From: Macrostomum hystrix
Lineage: Eukaryota > Animalia > Platyhelminthes
Length of the DNA: 64,000 bases
Direction: 5' to 3'
Assembly: GCA_950097015.1 (NCBI GenBank)
Contig: CATNEN010000037.1
Span: 3,224,001-3,288,000, forward strand
The notes beneath the pieces are model-generated. The model saw only the letters and a program-made list of their open reading frames with translations. It was not told the DNA's origin and made no database searches. Below are positions 60,565 through 64,000 of this stretch, one piece after another. A program made the translations under genes and the position numbers. Position 1 is the stretch's first letter. Each line of letters starts with the position of its first letter.

Positions 60565-62037
60565 ATTCAACAGTCAGATGGCAGTCATTCACCAGTCAGA
60601 TGGGAGTCATTCAACAGTCAGATGGGAGTCATGCACCAGTCAGATGGGAGTCATTCAACAGTCAGATGGCAGTCATTCACCAGTCAGATGGGAGTCATTC
60701 AACAGTCAGATGGCAGTCATTCACCAGTCAGATGGGAGTCATTCACCAGTCAGATGGGAGTCATTAACCAGTCAGATGGGAGTCATTCAGCAGTCAGATG
60801 GGAGTCATTCAGCAGTCAGATGGGATTCATTCACCAGTCAGATGGGAGTCATTCACCAGTCAGATGGGAGTCATTCAGCAGTCAGATGGGAGTCATTCAG
60901 CAGTCAGATGGGAGTCATTCACCAGTCAGATGGGAGTCATTCAGCAGTCAGATGGGAGTCATGCACCAGTCAGATGGGAGTTATTTAACATTCAGATGGG
61001 AGTTATTTAACATTCAGATGGGAGTTATTTAACATTCAGATGGGAGTCATTCAGAAGTCAGATGGGAGTCATTCAGCAGTCAGATGGCAGTCATTCACCA
61101 GTCAGATGGGAGTCATTCAACAGTCAGATGGCAGTCATTCACCAGTCAGATGGGAGTCATTCAACAGTCAGATGGGAGTCATGCACCAGTCAGATGGGAG
61201 TCATTCAACAGTCAGATGGCAGTCATTCACCAGTCAGATGGGAGTCATTCAACAGTCAGATGGCAGTCATTCACCAGTCAGATGGGAGTCATTCACCAGT
61301 CAGATGGGAGTCATTAACCAGTCAGATGGGAGTCATTCAGCAGTCAGATGGGAGTCATTCAGCAGTCAGATGGGATTCATTCACCAGTCAGATGGGAGTC
61401 ATTCACCAGTCAGATGGGAGTCATTCAGCAGTCAGATGGGAGTCATTCAGCAGTCAGATGGGAGTCATTCACCAGTCAGATGGGAGTCATTCAGCAGTCA
61501 GATGGGAGTCATGCACCAGTCAGATGGGAGTTATTTAACATTCAGATGGGAGTTATTTAACATTCAGATGGGAGTCATTCAGAAGTCAGATGGGAGTCAT
61601 TCAGCAGTCAGATGGGAGTCATTCAGCAGTCAGATTGGAGTCATTCAGCAGTCAGATGGGAGTTATTTAACATTCAGATGGGAGTTATTTAACATTCAGA
61701 TGGGAGTTATTTAACATTCAGATGGGAGTCATTCAGAAGTCAGATGGGAGTCATTCAGCAGTCAGATGGGAGTCATTCAGCAGTCAGATGGGAGTCATTC
61801 ACCAGTCAGATGGGAGTCATTCAGCAGTCAGATGGGAGTCATGCACCAGTCAGATGGGAGTTATTTAACATTCAGATGGGAGTTATTTAACATTCAGATG
61901 GGAGTTATTTAACATTCAGATGGGAGTCATTCAGAAGTCAGATGGGAGTCATTCAGCAGTCAGATGGGAGTCATTCAGCAGTCAGATTGGAGTCATTCAG
62001 CAGTCAGATGGGAGTCATTCAGCAGTCAGATGGGAGC
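60565..62037. repeat. 22-bp minisatellite (CAGTCAGATGGGAGTCATTCA[C/G/A])n, ~66 units
   Basis: Read directly; contains a 550-bp internal duplication. Confidence 0.97.
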
Positions 62038-63999
62038 CTTTTGGTTTCCCGGACTCTGGTGCAGGGAGTGCAGCTCGCTGATCTCAGAGCAAACCAGACC
62101 CAAACTGCTCAGCAGGCTCGATTGACCAGCGCTGGAGACACCGTCAACTTCGCGACGATCGCTGACGCTGCTGCGCTCCAGACTGAGCAGCTGAGCCTCC
62201 TCCAGGTTGTGGTTGCGCACCAGAATGCGGGCCACCAGCTCCAACTGGAAGTTCGCCTGACTGGCCACGTCCGAAGCGGCGTCTGGACCCGACCGGCACC
62301 TGGAAAGGCTCGAGAGCGTCGCCGTCTCTTGGTGGCAGCCGTTTTCAGCTGTCGGCGGAGGGGCGGCCACAACGCGCACACTCGCCAGGGCTCCGGGCTC
62401 CGGAATCGGGGTCTGCGCCGAGCTGGTAACTCGCTGCGGTGGCTTCTCAGCAGCTCGAACTCCAGCATCAGCAGAGGCGAAGTCCTTGAAAGTGCCGCAT
62501 TCGCTGATCGTTGGAGGCTGCGTCTGCGTTGCCAAGGCTACCGTAGGCTGCACCTCTTTGAACTGGCCGAGTGTTTGCGCGGATATCGTAGACTTTGGAA
62601 TCGGCTTCTCAGCAGCTCGAATTCCAGCATCAACGGTGACGAAGTCCTTGTAGCTTCCGTTCTCGCTGATCTTCGCTGGTGTGGTCTGCGTTGCCAAGGC
62701 AGCCGTTTGTTGAATCTCTTTGAACTCGCCGAAAGTTTGAATCGACGAAGTTGACTTCGGAATCGGTTTCTCAGCAGCTCGAATTCCAGCATCAACGGTG
62801 ACGAAGTCCTTGTAGCTTCCGTTCTCGCTGATCTTCGCTGGTGTGGTCTGCGTTGCCAAGGCAGCCGTTTGTTGAATCTCTTTGAACTCGCCGAAAGTTT
62901 GAATCGACGAAGTTGACTTCGGAATCGGTTTCTCAGCAGCTCGAATTCCAGCATCAACGGAGACGAAGTCCTTGTAGCTTCCGTTCTCGCTGATCTTCGC
63001 TGGTGTGGTCTGCGTTGCCAAGGCAGCCGTTTGTTGAATCTCTTTGAACTCGCCGAAAGTTTGAATCGACGAAGTTGACTTCGGAATCGGCTTCTCAGCA
63101 GCCCGAATTCCAGCGTCAGAGGTGGCAAAATCTTTGAAGGTTCCGTTCTCGCTAATCTTCGGAGGCTGCGTCTGTGTTGCCATGACGACCGTTGGTTTGA
63201 CCTCTTTGAACTCGCCGATAGTTTGAGCCGATGTTTCTCCGCTCGAAGGCGCAGCTCGAATTCCAGAATGATTTACAGAAACGTCTTTGAATGCTCCGCA
63301 TTCACCAATAGACGGCGGCGTCGTCTGCGTCGCCAAGGCAACCGTTGGATGAACTTCTTTGAAGTCGCCGACAGTTTGCGCAGACGAATCGGACCTGCGC
63401 GGTGGCTCTTCAACCTTGCGCACCCCAGCTTCAACGTAGGCAAAGTCAACAAAGGCGCCGCACTCGCTGGCGAGTCTCTGCTGCGTCTGCGTTGCCAAAG
63501 CGACTGTCGGTCGGACCTCCTTGAAGTCGCCGACGGTCTGGGCTCCCCGGCTTTCTAGCTCGACGTCGAGCGAAGCGCCTGCGTCCACCACTGGCCGCCT
63601 GGGCGGATAGTTGCACTCCAGCCGCGTCACCGCATTGACGCCCTCGCAGCCGTCGCCGATCTCCAGTCGCTTGGCCGACACAAAGTTCCGATGTGGCAGG
63701 TCCACTGCCAGCTGGCGGCGCACCGTCAGCTCGGCCCGGTGAATCTCGCGCTCCACCCGGGTGGGCTGGTTCACCATCCAGTACATGCGGGTCACGTGCT
63801 GCTGCGGCTCCGCCGCTGGCAACGGTTCACCAGCCACGCTGCTGCTGCGCACGACGCTCCTAACACCGTCGGTGGTTGAGAGGCCGCTGCCGCCAGAGCC
63901 AGCGTGCAGCACCCGGTGAACCTCTTCGTTTATCACCGTGCTTGTCACGGTCCTAGAAGAGGCGACGGATAGGTTTCGTACGCGGCGCTGCGGCTGCAG
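62026..63999 (-). CDS. Large exon (5'-incomplete) of a protein with seven ~54-aa tandem repeats, each carrying two QT motifs
   Basis: The frame stays open upstream of the supplied GTG start (63948) to the window edge (LQPQRRVRNLSVASSRTVTSTV...). DNA period is 162 nt (matching positions 62638, 62800, 62962). Outer repeats diverge in DNA but keep QT.G.FKE..PT.ALATQT, which suggests selection at protein level. GC-rich codon use. Confidence 0.85.
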   Translation of the reverse strand: MQPQRRVRNLSVASSRTVTSTVINEEVHRVLHAGSGGSGLSTTDGVRSVVRSSSVAGEPLPAAEPQQHVTRMYWMVNQPTRVEREIHRAELTVRRQLAVDLPHRNFVSAKRLEIGDGCEGVNAVTRLECNYPPRRPVVDAGASLDVELESRGAQTVGDFKEVRPTVALATQTQQRLASECGAFVDFAYVEAGVRKVEEPPRRSDSSAQTVGDFKEVHPTVALATQTTPPSIGECGAFKDVSVNHSGIRAAPSSGETSAQTIGEFKEVKPTVVMATQTQPPKISENGTFKDFATSDAGIRAAEKPIPKSTSSIQTFGEFKEIQQTAALATQTTPAKISENGSYKDFVSVDAGIRAAEKPIPKSTSSIQTFGEFKEIQQTAALATQTTPAKISENGSYKDFVTVDAGIRAAEKPIPKSTSSIQTFGEFKEIQQTAALATQTTPAKISENGSYKDFVTVDAGIRAAEKPIPKSTISAQTLGQFKEVQPTVALATQTQPPTISECGTFKDFASADAGVRAAEKPPQRVTSSAQTPIPEPGALASVRVVAAPPPTAENGCHQETATLSSLSRCRSGPDAASDVASQANFQLELVARILVRNHNLEEAQLLSLERSSVSDRREVDGVSSAGQSSLLSSLGLVCSEISELHSLHQSPGNQKAPI

Positions 64000-64000
64000 C

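Noticed and set aside
57315-61714. 400-aa Cys/Ser/Val-rich ORFs and MGVIQQSDGSH-repeat ORFs
   Set aside because: Translations of the 23-bp and 22-bp minisatellites in multiple frames.
12258-62037. Tandem arrays with 21-37 bp units as CRISPR arrays
   Set aside because: Units are head-to-tail with no unique spacers, there are no cas genes, and the context is eukaryotic.
61942-63879. Plus-strand and off-frame ORFs overlapping the QT-repeat gene
   Set aside because: Antisense or shifted shadows of the real minus-strand frame.

Overview
This is eukaryotic (metazoan) genomic DNA, not prokaryotic: genes have GT-AG introns, coding exons are GC-rich and intergenic DNA is AT-rich. About 24 kb (~37%, summed by eye) consists of ~24 mostly unrelated tandem arrays, most with 15-36 bp units. 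The pattern suggests a free-living flatworm such as Macrostomum, which is inference only. Genes reconstructed by hand from splice sites and reading phase: (1) 3' exons of an unidentified gene (754-3549, +, low confidence); (2) TMEM138 (4 exons, 161 aa, +); (3) a group II PLP decarboxylase with tyrosine decarboxylase signatures (11 exons, ~677 aa, +); (4) a 7-EC protocadherin (one large ectodomain exon plus two probable tail exons, +); (5) an intronless RING / coiled-coil / beta-propeller protein ending in a polybasic-CaaX tail (-); (6) a protein with seven ~54-aa repeats rich in QT/TQT motifs, open to the window edge (-). Two tRNA-derived SINE families are present. One is CORE-like; a copy of the other is nested inside it with a clean target-site duplication (TSD). 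Most long ORFs in the supplied track are artefacts of stop-free tandem repeats. There is no CRISPR, rRNA or intact tRNA gene. The best candidates for something new are the probably prenylated RING-propeller E3 ligase, the multivalent LC8-type QT-repeat protein, and the apparent local birth of minisatellites in introns, some touching splice sites or a stop codon.
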